IMG/VR virus record: IMGVR_UViG_3300024246_000001
Coordinates: 3,513 to 67,512 of that record
DNA from: a virus
Lineage: Duplodnaviria > Caudoviricetes
Length of the DNA stretch: 64,000 nucleotides
Reading direction: 5' to 3' (one strand)
Shown here: piece by piece, positions 1-9,011 of the stretch
Position numbering within the stretch: position 1 is the stretch's first letter
Layout: each line of letters starts with the position of its first letter
Translations under genes and position numbers: made by a program
Notes under the pieces: generated by a model
What the model was told of the DNA's origin: nothing
The model's input: the letters and a program-made list of their open reading frames with translations, nothing else
Database searches by the model: none

Positions 1-1
1 C

Positions 2-289
2 GCTATCCCACTATCTGCGCAGTCGGTCGTCCCAGTCGCCCCCACGCCTGTCCTCAACATCGCCTACATTACCGGCGTCGACACGCTTACTCTGATCAAC
101 ACGTCCGCTCAGACGCTCACCCTATCAGTGCACATTGCTGAGGGTACGGCTGTGTATGTATCGGCACCGGGGCCGACAGTGCAGGCGGCAGTGGTGCTGG
201 GGCCGCACGAGACGAAGACCGTGACGGACTTTCGGACGGCGTGGCTCGTGCCGGGGAATACGACGTGGGTAGGAATTCAATCACAATGA
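2..289 (+). CDS. 5'-truncated hypothetical protein (beta-rich)
   Basis: Open frame from the window edge (AIPLSAQSVV...WVGIQSQ*); its TGA overlaps the next ATG. Confidence 0.55.
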   Translation, partial: AIPLSAQSVVPVAPTPVLNIAYITGVDTLTLINTSAQTLTLSVHIAEGTAVYVSAPGPTVQAAVVLGPHETKTVTDFRTAWLVPGNTTWVGIQSQ

Positions 290-456
290 TCAGGGTAGTA
301 CGTAGGACGCATAAGCTCAACTACTGGCGCATGTACGGCTATGTCCCGCCAAGCGAGGCGCCTGAGTACGTCGATACCGGAGAGCGCATACCGATTGTGT
401 TGAAGGATGCGACGCAACCAAGAACCGGCAGACAGTCGGGGAGGAGGATTTCATGA
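286..456 (+). CDS. hypothetical protein
   Basis: ATGA overlaps at both ends. Confidence 0.4.
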   Translation: MIRVVRRTHKLNYWRMYGYVPPSEAPEYVDTGERIPIVLKDATQPRTGRQSGRRIS

Positions 457-707
457 TTGAAATGCCGAGGTACAAATGTCATAAGGAAGTGCGCGCGCTG
501 AAGATTAAAGAACTCCGACTGGACGATGAGCGCGGGCTTATGTTGGCGTTTTCTGACGAACGGTATGCACCAATTCCCATTACGGGTGAGTGGAACAGAG
601 TACACGCACCGCTGCCAGGAGGCTATTTCGTCGTCTATGCGGACGGGTATCGATCGTTCTCGTCTGCTGAGACTTTCGAGTCCGGATATGAGTTGGTGAA
701 GCAATGA
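453..707 (+). CDS. conserved phage hypothetical protein
   Basis: PRYKCHKEVRALKI...GGYFVVYADGYRSFS pattern typical of small phage proteins; RBS GGAGG. Confidence 0.7.
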   Translation: MIEMPRYKCHKEVRALKIKELRLDDERGLMLAFSDERYAPIPITGEWNRVHAPLPGGYFVVYADGYRSFSSAETFESGYELVKQ

Positions 708-994
708 CCCGCATCCCCCTCACCGCCCTCATCGCCATCGCGCTCGCCGGATGCGGAACGGTTCGCGACTATGCGACCCTCACGCTCTACCGCGCCGAGA
801 ACAAAGTCCTCCTGACCGCGCGGACGCCATGCTCGGACCCGAGGACGCCGGCGCTCGTGATGGAGTGGGTCCGCGAAAAGGATATCGATAAGATGGTCAT
901 CCTCTGCGATGCCGACTGCAACTGCCGCCTCGTCAAACGCACGCCGAAGATGAAGATTGTTCAACCGCCGTCAGAGAGCGGTATCTGTCGTTAA
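704..994 (+). CDS. putative lipoprotein
   Basis: Hydrophobic N-terminus ending in lipobox LAGC. Confidence 0.65.
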   Translation: MTRIPLTALIAIALAGCGTVRDYATLTLYRAENKVLLTARTPCSDPRTPALVMEWVREKDIDKMVILCDADCNCRLVKRTPKMKIVQPPSESGICR

Positions 995-1021
995 CGCAGC
1001 AACGAAAGGAGCAACACGCAA

Positions 1022-1357
1022 ATGAACGCACGAAAGATTCTCATCCTCATGGCGGCAATCGCCCTCGAAGAGAGCGGCCAACCGGAACTGGCCGCTCTGG
1101 TCCGTGCTGCATCAATTGATGATTATTCAGCCCAAGGACCAACATCCTCATTCCGTCTATTTGGCGGTGGGAGATCAAGTCAATATTTCAGCAAGTTCAC
1201 ACCGGACATCGTCCGTCACTTCACTGGAAACGCGAAGGTCGATAGGCTACAACTCGTCTTCGAATTGCCTCTCGATGTCGTGCAGGCTCAGGCAATAGTA
1301 TCCGTGACTAACGCCAGCCTGCCGACGTGGCTTGTCGGCCAGAAGGAGACCGCATGA
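1022..1357 (+). CDS. hypothetical protein
   Basis: RBS AAGGAG; coupled to the next gene. Confidence 0.5.
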   Translation: MNARKILILMAAIALEESGQPELAALVRAASIDDYSAQGPTSSFRLFGGGRSSQYFSKFTPDIVRHFTGNAKVDRLQLVFELPLDVVQAQAIVSVTNASLPTWLVGQKETA

Positions 1358-1926
1358 AACGCCTCACCATCGCAGCCCTACTCATCACCCTCGCAACCTC
1401 GGCTGAGGCCCGCTGGCATCTGCCGTGGAACAAGCCGGCCGCCGCCTCCCCGACCGACCCGCTCCATAAAGTCATCGCGCAAGTCACCGGTTCGGCGCCC
1501 ACCGATCCGCTCACGGTCGAGGTCTCGCCGCTCGACCATATCGTCCGCACTGTTCTCAGCCCGACCTTCGTGGAGCACGCCAACAAATCACTCGCCATGG
1601 CCGGCACCACCGACCCCATGTTCACTCAGTGCGTGCAATTCGGGCTCACCATTCGTCAGGAGATCATCGACAAGCCACTCATCGACAAGCCGACCTCCGC
1701 GCTGGCCACGGTCGACCTCACCTGCCCGCTGTGCGTCATCGAGGCGCAGCGCCAGGACTTCGAGGCGGTCCAGTCCGGGGCCTTGGCGGCGCGGGTGTCC
1801 GACCTGCGCCTGCGGGTGCGCACCATCAAGAAACGCGCGGCGATGGCGTGCGGCCCACTCAAGATGGATCAAGAGGATATTGCCGGGCAGGCATTCGATT
1901 TCATCGGTGGCCTGTTAGGTCACTAG
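1354..1926 (+). CDS. putative secreted protein
   Basis: Sec signal MKRLTIAALLITLATSAEA; RBS AAGGAG. Confidence 0.65.
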   Translation: MKRLTIAALLITLATSAEARWHLPWNKPAAASPTDPLHKVIAQVTGSAPTDPLTVEVSPLDHIVRTVLSPTFVEHANKSLAMAGTTDPMFTQCVQFGLTIRQEIIDKPLIDKPTSALATVDLTCPLCVIEAQRQDFEAVQSGALAARVSDLRLRVRTIKKRAAMACGPLKMDQEDIAGQAFDFIGGLLGH

Positions 1927-1943
1927 GGCAGGGCAATTAAGGT

Positions 1944-2468
1944 ATGCCGAACAGCCGCAAGGTCCGCAAGAACTACACCCGCGACCGAGACGCGCTCGTG
2001 ATGCGGGACCACGTGCGGGCGGTGAGATTGGTCGCCCAGGTCCGCCCCGACCAATACGAGTGGCTGGCCGCCGAGGCCGACAAGCGGGCGGGCAAGGGCG
2101 TGGGGGGAGGAACTCGGCGCGGTCGCGGGAGCAAGGTGAGTGAGATCGTCCGCGAGGGCATCGACCTCATAATTGAGATGCGCGAGCACGCCGAGTTCAT
2201 GCGGCTCAAGTTAGGCGGGGACCGGCCGCCCGTGAGGGGCAAGTACGCGCGGGAGCGGGTGGGGGAGCTCAATCCCGACATGCCCGAGCCGCCACCGCCG
2301 GAGCCAGAACCGCCGGCGCCCATGGGCCTGCCCACGCCAGGCAAGCCGGTGGTGAGGCCCATCAAATTGCCGGGTTTCAGTCCGCCCGCGCGTGAACCCG
2401 ACGCCAGATCGCCGGAATCCGCAGCACCCGGTCAACCGTCGTGTGATACCGGCGGGCGATCCGGATGA
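1944..2468 (+). CDS. ribbon-helix-helix-like DNA-binding protein with Pro-rich tail
   Basis: VRLVAQVRPDQYEWL...VSEIVREGIDL pattern. Confidence 0.5.
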   Translation: MPNSRKVRKNYTRDRDALVMRDHVRAVRLVAQVRPDQYEWLAAEADKRAGKGVGGGTRRGRGSKVSEIVREGIDLIIEMREHAEFMRLKLGGDRPPVRGKYARERVGELNPDMPEPPPPEPEPPAPMGLPTPGKPVVRPIKLPGFSPPAREPDARSPESAAPGQPSCDTGGRSG

Positions 2469-2676
2469 GGGTGAGCAGGCCTGGCGCGCGGCCACCCGCC
2501 AGGACGCGGCACAGGGTGGCGGCCGACACGCCGAGCTCGCGCGCGAGCTGGGCCTGCTCGCCGCGGCGGGACAGGTCGATGGCGAGGGGGGAGGGTTCGT
2601 GGCCTGAGCCGCAGCAGTGCCTGCACACCCGCGTGACGGGCATGGTGGTGGCAGGCGGTGCGGCTGTGTCGGGCAT
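2377..2676 (-). CDS. XRE-family HTH transcriptional regulator (repressor-like)
   Basis: QAQLARELGVSAATLCRVLAGGRAPGLLTLIRIA HTH; has its own leftward promoter. Confidence 0.7.
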   Translation of the reverse strand: MPDTAAPPATTMPVTRVCRHCCGSGHEPSPLAIDLSRRGEQAQLARELGVSAATLCRVLAGGRAPGLLTLIRIARRYHTTVDRVLRIPAIWRRVHARAD

Positions 2677-2692
2677 GGCGCTCACGAGCAAG

Positions 2693-2721
2693 AGTATAGC
2701 AGGGTAGTGGGGGGAAGTGAA
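2693..2721 (-). promoter_or_regulatory. leftward sigma70-type promoter
   Basis: TTCACT-17-TATACT with extended TG, upstream of the HTH gene. Confidence 0.6.
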
Positions 2722-2723
2722 TG

Positions 2724-2753
2724 TTGACTGTCAGGCAAGATTGCTAATAGACT
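2724..2753 (+). promoter_or_regulatory. rightward sigma70-type promoter (TTGACT-N4-GGCAA class)
   Basis: TTGACT-18-TAGACT, back-to-back with the leftward promoter. Confidence 0.6.
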
Positions 2754-2871
2754 GTATGCCGCCCAGTCGTTTAAGAGAGGACGCCCCAACCGTCAGCAGC
2801 GCTGCTGCGCAGGGATGCGCATACGGGGAAGGGAGATGGCGGTGCGAGTCCGTCCGGGCGACCAATTCAAT

Positions 2872-3645
2872 ATGACTACTAGACGCAATCGCCCCAGCCC
2901 GCCACGTGCGCCCACCACAGCAGGCACCGGGTTCACCAGCAACTTGAGCGTGATCGACGGTGGCCTAGCCGACAACGCAATTGAGCCCGGCGCCACCTCG
3001 CCGGGAGGAGCAGCGCAGCCCTTCGACGAGGACGCCATGCTCATAGCCTCGTGGGACAAGGGCCAGATGGAGCCCGTCACCTTCAAGATCCACGAGCAAT
3101 ACCTCGCGTGGGGCAGGCTAATTACGGAGAGCAGGCGGTTCCCGGCCCTGCGCACGCGTTCGGATCTGGCGAGGTTAGGGTGGGAGCGCGTGGTGGCGTG
3201 GCTCTCCGGGCTTAATGGGGACGCCGCCGAGCGGAGCGTGATGCACCAATTGGCGCAGATGAACGAGAAGGTGGCGTGGGAAAGAAGGAAGCTCGACTAC
3301 GTGCGGTTCATCGAGGACTACACGCCAGTCATACAGGAGCAGTTAGCCCTGCCACACGGGCGCCTGCATGCGGCCAGAGTATTGCGGCGCATGCGCGGGC
3401 ACATCGACGCCATGGAGCCGGGGTTCTATAAGGACGTGTTCGACCAGATGTTCACGGCCAGGTTCGGGGCATATGAGCAGGCCGGGCTCACCTTGATCGA
3501 GGTCGCGGCTGAGGGGGAGGGGGAGGACGGGGCCGGGGCCGGGCTGGTGGAGGAGGGCGCGCACGTGGGGAATGGGTCGCGTGACCACAATGACGGCGTG
3601 GATATGGAGGAGATGATGCGGGAGATTGAGGACATGTTGAAATGA
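2872..3645 (+). CDS. hypothetical protein, possible RHH domain plus acidic tail
   Basis: TFKIHEQYL...FPALRTRSDLARLG; long ORF with high GC3. Confidence 0.65.
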   Translation: MTTRRNRPSPPRAPTTAGTGFTSNLSVIDGGLADNAIEPGATSPGGAAQPFDEDAMLIASWDKGQMEPVTFKIHEQYLAWGRLITESRRFPALRTRSDLARLGWERVVAWLSGLNGDAAERSVMHQLAQMNEKVAWERRKLDYVRFIEDYTPVIQEQLALPHGRLHAARVLRRMRGHIDAMEPGFYKDVFDQMFTARFGAYEQAGLTLIEVAAEGEGEDGAGAGLVEEGAHVGNGSRDHNDGVDMEEMMREIEDMLK

Positions 3646-3980
3646 GCAAACTGATTACGCTGGCTGCTTCCGTAGGTGCCCCACAAATTGACATTGCTCT
3701 ATCTTCGCGCGTGCGGTTCCATTTCAAGGATCGGTGGAAGACGTTGGGGTTGCCCGATGCGTGGATTGAGGTGGGCTTCCACGATTCGAAGGATGCTATT
3801 GAAGTTTACGGTGACTCTGGGTTGGTGCTGGCTGCTGTGGCTTGTAACAAAGTCACAATTGCTTCGATGGATATGTATGGCGGAGAGGCGGAGATTACTG
3901 AGTCCAGACTGCGCATCAAGCAATTGGTACAACAAGTGAATGTAGCGCAAGATCCAATGCGAAAGAAGCACCGCCGGTGA
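3642..3980 (+). CDS. hypothetical protein (lower GC)
   Basis: ATGA/GTGA coupling on both sides. Confidence 0.6.
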   Translation: MSKLITLAASVGAPQIDIALSSRVRFHFKDRWKTLGLPDAWIEVGFHDSKDAIEVYGDSGLVLAAVACNKVTIASMDMYGGEAEITESRLRIKQLVQQVNVAQDPMRKKHRR

Positions 3981-5587
3981 GTCTGCCCACCCCACGCGAC
4001 TTCGGCCTGCCCGACAGGTTCTCAGCTTGGTGGGGTTACCAGGAGGAGGCGTTCGAGCGCGCCATCACCACCGACAAGCGGGTGGTCGCATTAGGAGCTC
4101 CCACCGGGTTCGGTAAGAGCCCGGTAGGTGAGACGGTCAGCATGTTCTGGGGCGCACGCGTAGCCTATCTAGTAATGGACCGCGCCCTGCAAACTCAGGT
4201 GATCGACCCACTGCGGGGCTTCACGCACCGATTCGACGTGCGGGGTAAGCAGAACTATGATTGCAGGGTCTTGGTCGACGCAGGGGTAGATCAGGATAAC
4301 GGTGGCACCAAGTGCGACAAGGCCGAGGGCCTGTGTGAGACCTGCCAATTCAAGGACAAAGGGTGCCATTATTACGACGCGGTGACCGCCGCCATCAAGC
4401 ACGACTACCCGCTCACCAACTACTCCATGTGGTTCGCCATGGCGAGGTATAAAGAGGGGTTGGGCAAGTTCGCCGGACTGGTGTGCGACGAGGCCCACCA
4501 AATTCCGCAGGCTCTGTGCTCGGCCCTCAGAATTGAGCTGGGCCAGCGCACGGTCGAACAATTCACGCGGCGCCCCTTGCCGGGCATGCAGTCACTCGAC
4601 TTGTGGCGCGAGTGGTCGCGCAACCACCTCCACATGCTGGGGCCCCGGCTCGACTCGATGCAGCAGGCCGCGCGCGGACAGGGCAAGCAGAGCTGGGAGC
4701 TCAAGGAGTTGAAGGGGCTCGTGGGAGCGCTTGAGGATCTCGCGAGGGCGAGCGGCGACTGGGTGGAGGACCGGAGCGCGTGGGCGGCTAAAGAGAGGGT
4801 CGGGTTTGAGCCGCTCTCGCCAGCGCCCTACGCCGAGCGCCTCCTGTTCCAGGGGATCAAGCACGTCCTGCTCATGAGCGCCAACCTGCGGCCCAAGCAC
4901 ATCGAATTGATGGGCCTGAAGATGGAGGATGTCGAGTTCGCCGAGTTCCCGTCAAGTTTTCCAATTGCCCGGCGGCCGGTCATCCACGTCAAGACGGTTC
5001 AGCACAAGGCCAGCATGTCGGCCGAGGCCAAGCTGGAGGCCGTGCGGCGGGTGGACCAGATCATCAGTGGCCGGCTTGATCGCAAGTGGCTGATCGACAC
5101 GGTGAGCTTCGATAGGAGTGCGTTCATCCGCGAGCACTCTACATATAGTTATTACATGATCGCCAACACGCCGGGCCGCGACGGGCTGAGTGCGGCGGAC
5201 GCCATGGAGAGGTTCAAGCTGGCCTCGCCGCCGAAGGGATTGATTGGCCCGAGCTTCCGCACCGGGTATGACTTGCCGGGCCAATTGTGTGAGTTCGCCA
5301 TCCTGTTCAAGGTTCCATTTATGGACGGGCGCAACCCTCTCACCGCCGCTCGCCGGGCTGCCGATCCCCTGTGGGAGAAGCTGGCGGTGATGGTCGAGAT
5401 CGTGCAGTTCTTCGGGCGCGGGATGCGGAGCGCCGGGGACCAATGCGAGGGGCTAATTGTGGACGACCAGTTCGCGTGGCTATTTAGGGATTGCGTCCAA
5501 TTGGGGTTTGTGCCACAATGGTTCATACCGGCGGTGAGGCTCAATCAGGCTATACCGAGGCCGCTGTCGAAATTGGAGGACAAATAA
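3977..5587 (+). CDS. DinG/XPD-like SF2 Fe-S DNA helicase
   Basis: Walker A GAPTGFGKS; DEAH (CDEAHQ); SANL motif III; Cys cluster DCR...KCD...CETC...CHYY; KVPF and QFFGRGMRSAGD C-terminal motifs. Confidence 0.85.
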   Translation: MSLPTPRDFGLPDRFSAWWGYQEEAFERAITTDKRVVALGAPTGFGKSPVGETVSMFWGARVAYLVMDRALQTQVIDPLRGFTHRFDVRGKQNYDCRVLVDAGVDQDNGGTKCDKAEGLCETCQFKDKGCHYYDAVTAAIKHDYPLTNYSMWFAMARYKEGLGKFAGLVCDEAHQIPQALCSALRIELGQRTVEQFTRRPLPGMQSLDLWREWSRNHLHMLGPRLDSMQQAARGQGKQSWELKELKGLVGALEDLARASGDWVEDRSAWAAKERVGFEPLSPAPYAERLLFQGIKHVLLMSANLRPKHIELMGLKMEDVEFAEFPSSFPIARRPVIHVKTVQHKASMSAEAKLEAVRRVDQIISGRLDRKWLIDTVSFDRSAFIREHSTYSYYMIANTPGRDGLSAADAMERFKLASPPKGLIGPSFRTGYDLPGQLCEFAILFKVPFMDGRNPLTAARRAADPLWEKLAVMVEIVQFFGRGMRSAGDQCEGLIVDDQFAWLFRDCVQLGFVPQWFIPAVRLNQAIPRPLSKLEDK

Positions 5588-5589
5588 TT

Positions 5590-5757
5590 ATGAAAGAGGA
5601 TATTGCAAGGGCCATCCGCGACCTCATCCAAGCCGAGATTGAGTGCTTCGCCGACAGGAGCAGGCGGAACGAGGAAGACGCAGAGAAGGCGTATGAGGCG
5701 CTATTGTCGGCTGGAGAAGGGGCCGCGCCGGAGGAGGTGTCCGGTGGGCAGACCTAA
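5590..5757 (+). CDS. hypothetical protein
   Basis: Short ORF after the helicase with RBS GGAGG. Confidence 0.45.
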   Translation: MKEDIARAIRDLIQAEIECFADRSRRNEEDAEKAYEALLSAGEGAAPEEVSGGQT

Positions 5758-6220
5758 AGCACGTGGCACCCCGCCCGCCGGCCCGCGGACCAGCGTGTCC
5801 ATCGACACCCAATTGCACGCCCAGCTCAAGTTCGTGGCGCTGGAGGAGACCACCCGCCGAGGCCAAAAGGTGAGCGTGGCTGATCTGGTGGGCGAGGCGG
5901 TGATCGCCATGTGGGCGCCGAGTGCATTCAGGCCCGGCCCGGCCGCGACGCCCGACATCGAGGCCCAGCGCCAAGCCCTGCTTGCGGAGGTCGAGGCCAT
6001 GGAAAGCGCGCCGCCGGGGCCGTCGATATTCGATGAGATGTTCATGGCGGCGCTGGCCGATCCGATCCCCGACGTGATCGGCAAGATGGTGGGCATGGTG
6101 ATCGGGACTGTGGGGCAGCGGATCGCCGTGCGGGATCTCACCTACCACCTGCGGAATGCCCTCAATGAGGGCCGGGCCATCACGACGATGGCGGAGCTGG
6201 TCGAGGATTACGAGGGGTAG
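5744..6220 (+). CDS. RHH-like DNA-binding protein
   Basis: RBS GAGGAGG plus GTG; TSVSIDTQLHAQLK...SVADLVGEAV. Confidence 0.6.
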   Translation: MGRPKARGTPPAGPRTSVSIDTQLHAQLKFVALEETTRRGQKVSVADLVGEAVIAMWAPSAFRPGPAATPDIEAQRQALLAEVEAMESAPPGPSIFDEMFMAALADPIPDVIGKMVGMVIGTVGQRIAVRDLTYHLRNALNEGRAITTMAELVEDYEG

Positions 6221-6233
6221 AAAGGAGGACACT

Positions 6234-6422
6234 ATGACAATTGAAATCAGTGAAGTTCAGCGAGATCGTATCGGCCAACTTGTGGATAAGGCGGATAATT
6301 ACCTTGGAGCACTCAAACTCCAACTACCCGCACATATCCATTTTGATGGCTGTAGGGCTGGATTCGAGGAAATCAGGGCGGAGGCATCTGCTATCTATCG
6401 AGAACTTGGTGGTGAGGAGTGA
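6234..6422 (+). CDS. hypothetical protein
   Basis: RBS AAAGGAGG. Confidence 0.6.
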   Translation: MTIEISEVQRDRIGQLVDKADNYLGALKLQLPAHIHFDGCRAGFEEIRAEASAIYRELGGEE

Positions 6423-6551
6423 CACCACGACGCCCGGTTGCCCGCCAGACCACCATGCAGATCCGCGCCCCGGCGCACCACGCAATCGCGCACGCACACC
6501 CGCCGAACAAGCTGCACACACAAGCACATCAATTTGTGAGGAGGATTTCAA

Positions 6552-7001
6552 GTGGCAAGATTCAACTACGATAATTTGAACGAGAAGCAGTTTCGGATCG
6601 CCATCGCGTTGCTCAACCAAGAGGACGAAGTGGTCGCCGCGCTGGAGACGGCGGCAGCGAATGCAATCAAGGAAATGCTGGCCGCCTTCGACATCATCGG
6701 GTTCGACCCAGCCAATGTTCTCAACGGCGGCGCTGCGGGAGGTGCCCGCAAGCAGACCACGAAAAGCGCCGGTCCAGCAAAGGTCTATGAGAACAGAGCC
6801 CCCGCAGATCGAGTCCGCAAGGTCCGCAAGCCCCGCCTCAGTGCCGACCAGACCCTCTCGCGCCAGCTCCAAGGCAAATACATCGCCGCCATCCGCAGCG
6901 TCCCCAAGTCCAAACGCGCCCACTATAAGGCGCTCGTCAAAGGCCCCGGCGGGCGGCAAGCCGCCATCGACGCCATCTACCTCACCTACCCACGCAAATG
7001 A
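6552..7001 (+). CDS. basic, probably DNA-binding/nucleoid-like protein
   Basis: Strong RBS GAGGAGG; helical N-terminus, K/R/A-rich linker, C-terminal SRQLQGKYIAAIR helix. Confidence 0.65.
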   Translation: MARFNYDNLNEKQFRIAIALLNQEDEVVAALETAAANAIKEMLAAFDIIGFDPANVLNGGAAGGARKQTTKSAGPAKVYENRAPADRVRKVRKPRLSADQTLSRQLQGKYIAAIRSVPKSKRAHYKALVKGPGGRQAAIDAIYLTYPRK

Positions 7002-7210
7002 GAAGGGAGCCCGCCGCCTTGGCAAGTCAATCAAGCAGATCGAGCGCGAGCAATCCGGTGAAGGACATGACGGGAGCCCAGCTTATCGCCTACCTGTCCC
7101 GATGTGGGAGCCCGACGAGGACCAGCAACACGCGGCGCACGCAGAGCCGCCGGAGCCGCTACAGCCTCTATTGCTTAGGGGAAGGAAACACAATCGCAAA
7201 AACTTCTTGA
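6998..7210 (+). CDS. hypothetical protein
   Basis: ATGA coupling. Confidence 0.4.
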   Translation: MRREPAALASQSSRSSASNPVKDMTGAQLIAYLSRCGSPTRTSNTRRTQSRRSRYSLYCLGEGNTIAKTS

Positions 7211-7235
7211 CTCAGGGGCAACAAACACCTATCTT
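7207..7235 (+). promoter_or_regulatory. sigma70-type promoter (TTGACT-N4-GGCAA class)
   Basis: TTGACT-17-TATCTT. Confidence 0.65.
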
Positions 7236-7299
7236 ATCCACTGACGATACAATTGCAGCACTAACAGACGATCAATTTTGTGAGGAGGATCTTTCAGCT

Positions 7300-8442
7300 A
7301 TGGCATTCACAATCAACATGACCGAATTCGGTTCCAGCGGCGGGTTCTACGGCGACGGGCGCGTGTGCACCTGGAACAACTGGCGTGCCGAGGCCCACTC
7401 GCTCGTCAAGCACGGGCCTGACGGGATGACGGTGGTCGAGGAGTACCCGCCGCAGTGCATGGTGGGTGTCGACTTGTACGCCGACCGCACGCCCGACGAC
7501 GACGACAAGTTCCCGCAGTTCGTGACGCAGTGGTACGGCGTCGGCCAGCTCCCCTTGGCGGTGATGGAGGCCATGGGGTGGCCACTGGCCCGTTTGCAGA
7601 CCTCCATCCTCGCCGGGCCAGGTGGTCAGGACCAGTGGAAGCGCCGCCTCCAGCAGCCCGGCGGGTTCCAGCCCTCGCCGGACGGCAAGGTGCCGGGCCC
7701 GAGTGGCCCGTTCTTCGGCAGCGACCCAGCCGAGAAAATCTACCCGGGCAGCGGCTACGCGGTATTGAAGGGCGAGCTCGACAACCTCGCTAACTCTGGC
7801 GGCGAAGACCTCAACGACCGGGTGGCCGCACACGGCCTCGCCGCGCTCAATGGCCTGCGGGCGGTGGCCGGACAAAAGCAGATGCCGCTGTCCAAGGCCA
7901 GCCAGAAGAAGATCGACGCCGCGGCCAAGCTCGGCGTGAAGGCCGACGTGAAGGACCCGCGGAGCATCATGGTGCCGGTGCAGGTCGAGAAGTGGCCGTG
8001 GAAGGCCGAGGCTGAGCCGGGCGCGCAACCCGCCCCGCAAGCGCAGACACAGGCGCCGGTTGCCGCGCAGGTGGTCAACAAGCCGGTGGCCGTGCCGAAC
8101 GCCGTGCCCGCGCAAGCTGCCACGCCTGTCACGCCTGCTGCCAATGCCACCGCCGACCTCGACAAGCTGCTGGCCGCTGTGGTGGTCAGTCTGGTCAGCA
8201 AGGCGCCCGGCAATTCGTTCACGCGCTCACCGGCCATGGGCACGGCGGTGCTCAAGTCCGGCAGGTTCTCCGGGCCGAACCTCGCGGCGGCTGCCCGCCG
8301 GATCATCACCGACGAATTCCTGGGCGGGGAGTACAACGGGTTGCTGTGGCAGTTCAACCAGGCGGCGAACACGGTCTCGTTGGTGGACGGCGTTAGTGCC
8401 GAAGACGCCGTGGCCATGGCTGAGAGCGCTGTAATAACGTAG
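7300..8442 (+). CDS. hypothetical protein, candidate ssDNA-binding/recombination protein
   Basis: Own promoter and RBS GAGGAGG; beta-rich aromatic N-terminal domain, A/P/Q linker; lies in the replication module. Function inferred from position only. Confidence 0.7.
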   Translation: MAFTINMTEFGSSGGFYGDGRVCTWNNWRAEAHSLVKHGPDGMTVVEEYPPQCMVGVDLYADRTPDDDDKFPQFVTQWYGVGQLPLAVMEAMGWPLARLQTSILAGPGGQDQWKRRLQQPGGFQPSPDGKVPGPSGPFFGSDPAEKIYPGSGYAVLKGELDNLANSGGEDLNDRVAAHGLAALNGLRAVAGQKQMPLSKASQKKIDAAAKLGVKADVKDPRSIMVPVQVEKWPWKAEAEPGAQPAPQAQTQAPVAAQVVNKPVAVPNAVPAQAATPVTPAANATADLDKLLAAVVVSLVSKAPGNSFTRSPAMGTAVLKSGRFSGPNLAAAARRIITDEFLGGEYNGLLWQFNQAANTVSLVDGVSAEDAVAMAESAVIT

Positions 8443-8454
8443 CCAAGTTTAGTG

Positions 8455-8769
8455 GTGGTCCCGGTTCGGAGGGCGTGCTGCCTACACCCGCCGAGCCGGG
8501 GCCACAAGTTTGCGGATCATTTTTTCATTCTTGTGGGCCACTGGAGCTTCCACGAAATAATAGCAGCTCCCGCTAAGTGCAGGTAGCCGTAGCCTGCGGT
8601 GGCCATTACCAAGTTTTGCGGATCATTGAAGTGCCGGTGCGAGGGAGGCTTGTCCGGGGAATAGCAACCTGACGCTACCCACCCTAGGGTAGCCATGCGA
8701 GTGCTGGACCCACTCGCGACCTCTCTCGCTTCCCCGCAGGGCGGGCTCTCTCGCGCCGGCACTTGAATG
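8455..8769 (+). ncRNA. cluster of three structured RNA domains
   Basis: 15-bp stem 8455-8469/8491-8505; three-way junction about 8536-8603; 24-bp stem 8624-8647/8746-8769 closing two hairpins; G-U pairs favour the + strand. Confidence 0.65.
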
Positions 8770-8799
8770 GCCCACAAAATTGGGAAAGGGAGGTTACTC

Positions 8800-9006
8800 A
8801 TGAATAGAGCCGAGCATCTTCAATGGGCAAAGAACCGCGCGATGGCGTATGTCAACGCGGGTGACTATCCGCAGGCAGTAGCGTCGATGCTGAGCGACCT
8901 TGGCAAACACGAAGAACTGGTAGCCTCCGCCGCGAGATGCGGAATGCTATCGCTGATGGTCAAGGACCGTAAGACCACAACCGACTTCGTGCAGGGCTTC
9001 AACTAG
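8800..9006 (+). CDS. conserved phage hypothetical protein
   Basis: RBS GGGAGG; MNRAEHLQWAKNRAMAYV pattern. Confidence 0.65.
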   Translation: MNRAEHLQWAKNRAMAYVNAGDYPQAVASMLSDLGKHEELVASAARCGMLSLMVKDRKTTTDFVQGFN

Positions 9007-9011
9007 GTACT

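Noticed and set aside
6661-7299. N-terminal extension of the 593-aa ORF
   Set aside because: Shadow frame over genes 6552-7001 and 6998-7210; the promoter and RBS place the real start at 7300.
8455-8769. Assignment to tmRNA, SRP, RNase P, hammerhead/twister/HDV ribozyme or a known riboswitch
   Set aside because: Diagnostic cores (e.g. CUGANGA/GAAA, the SRP GGAA loop motif, a T-loop) were not found by eye; left unassigned.
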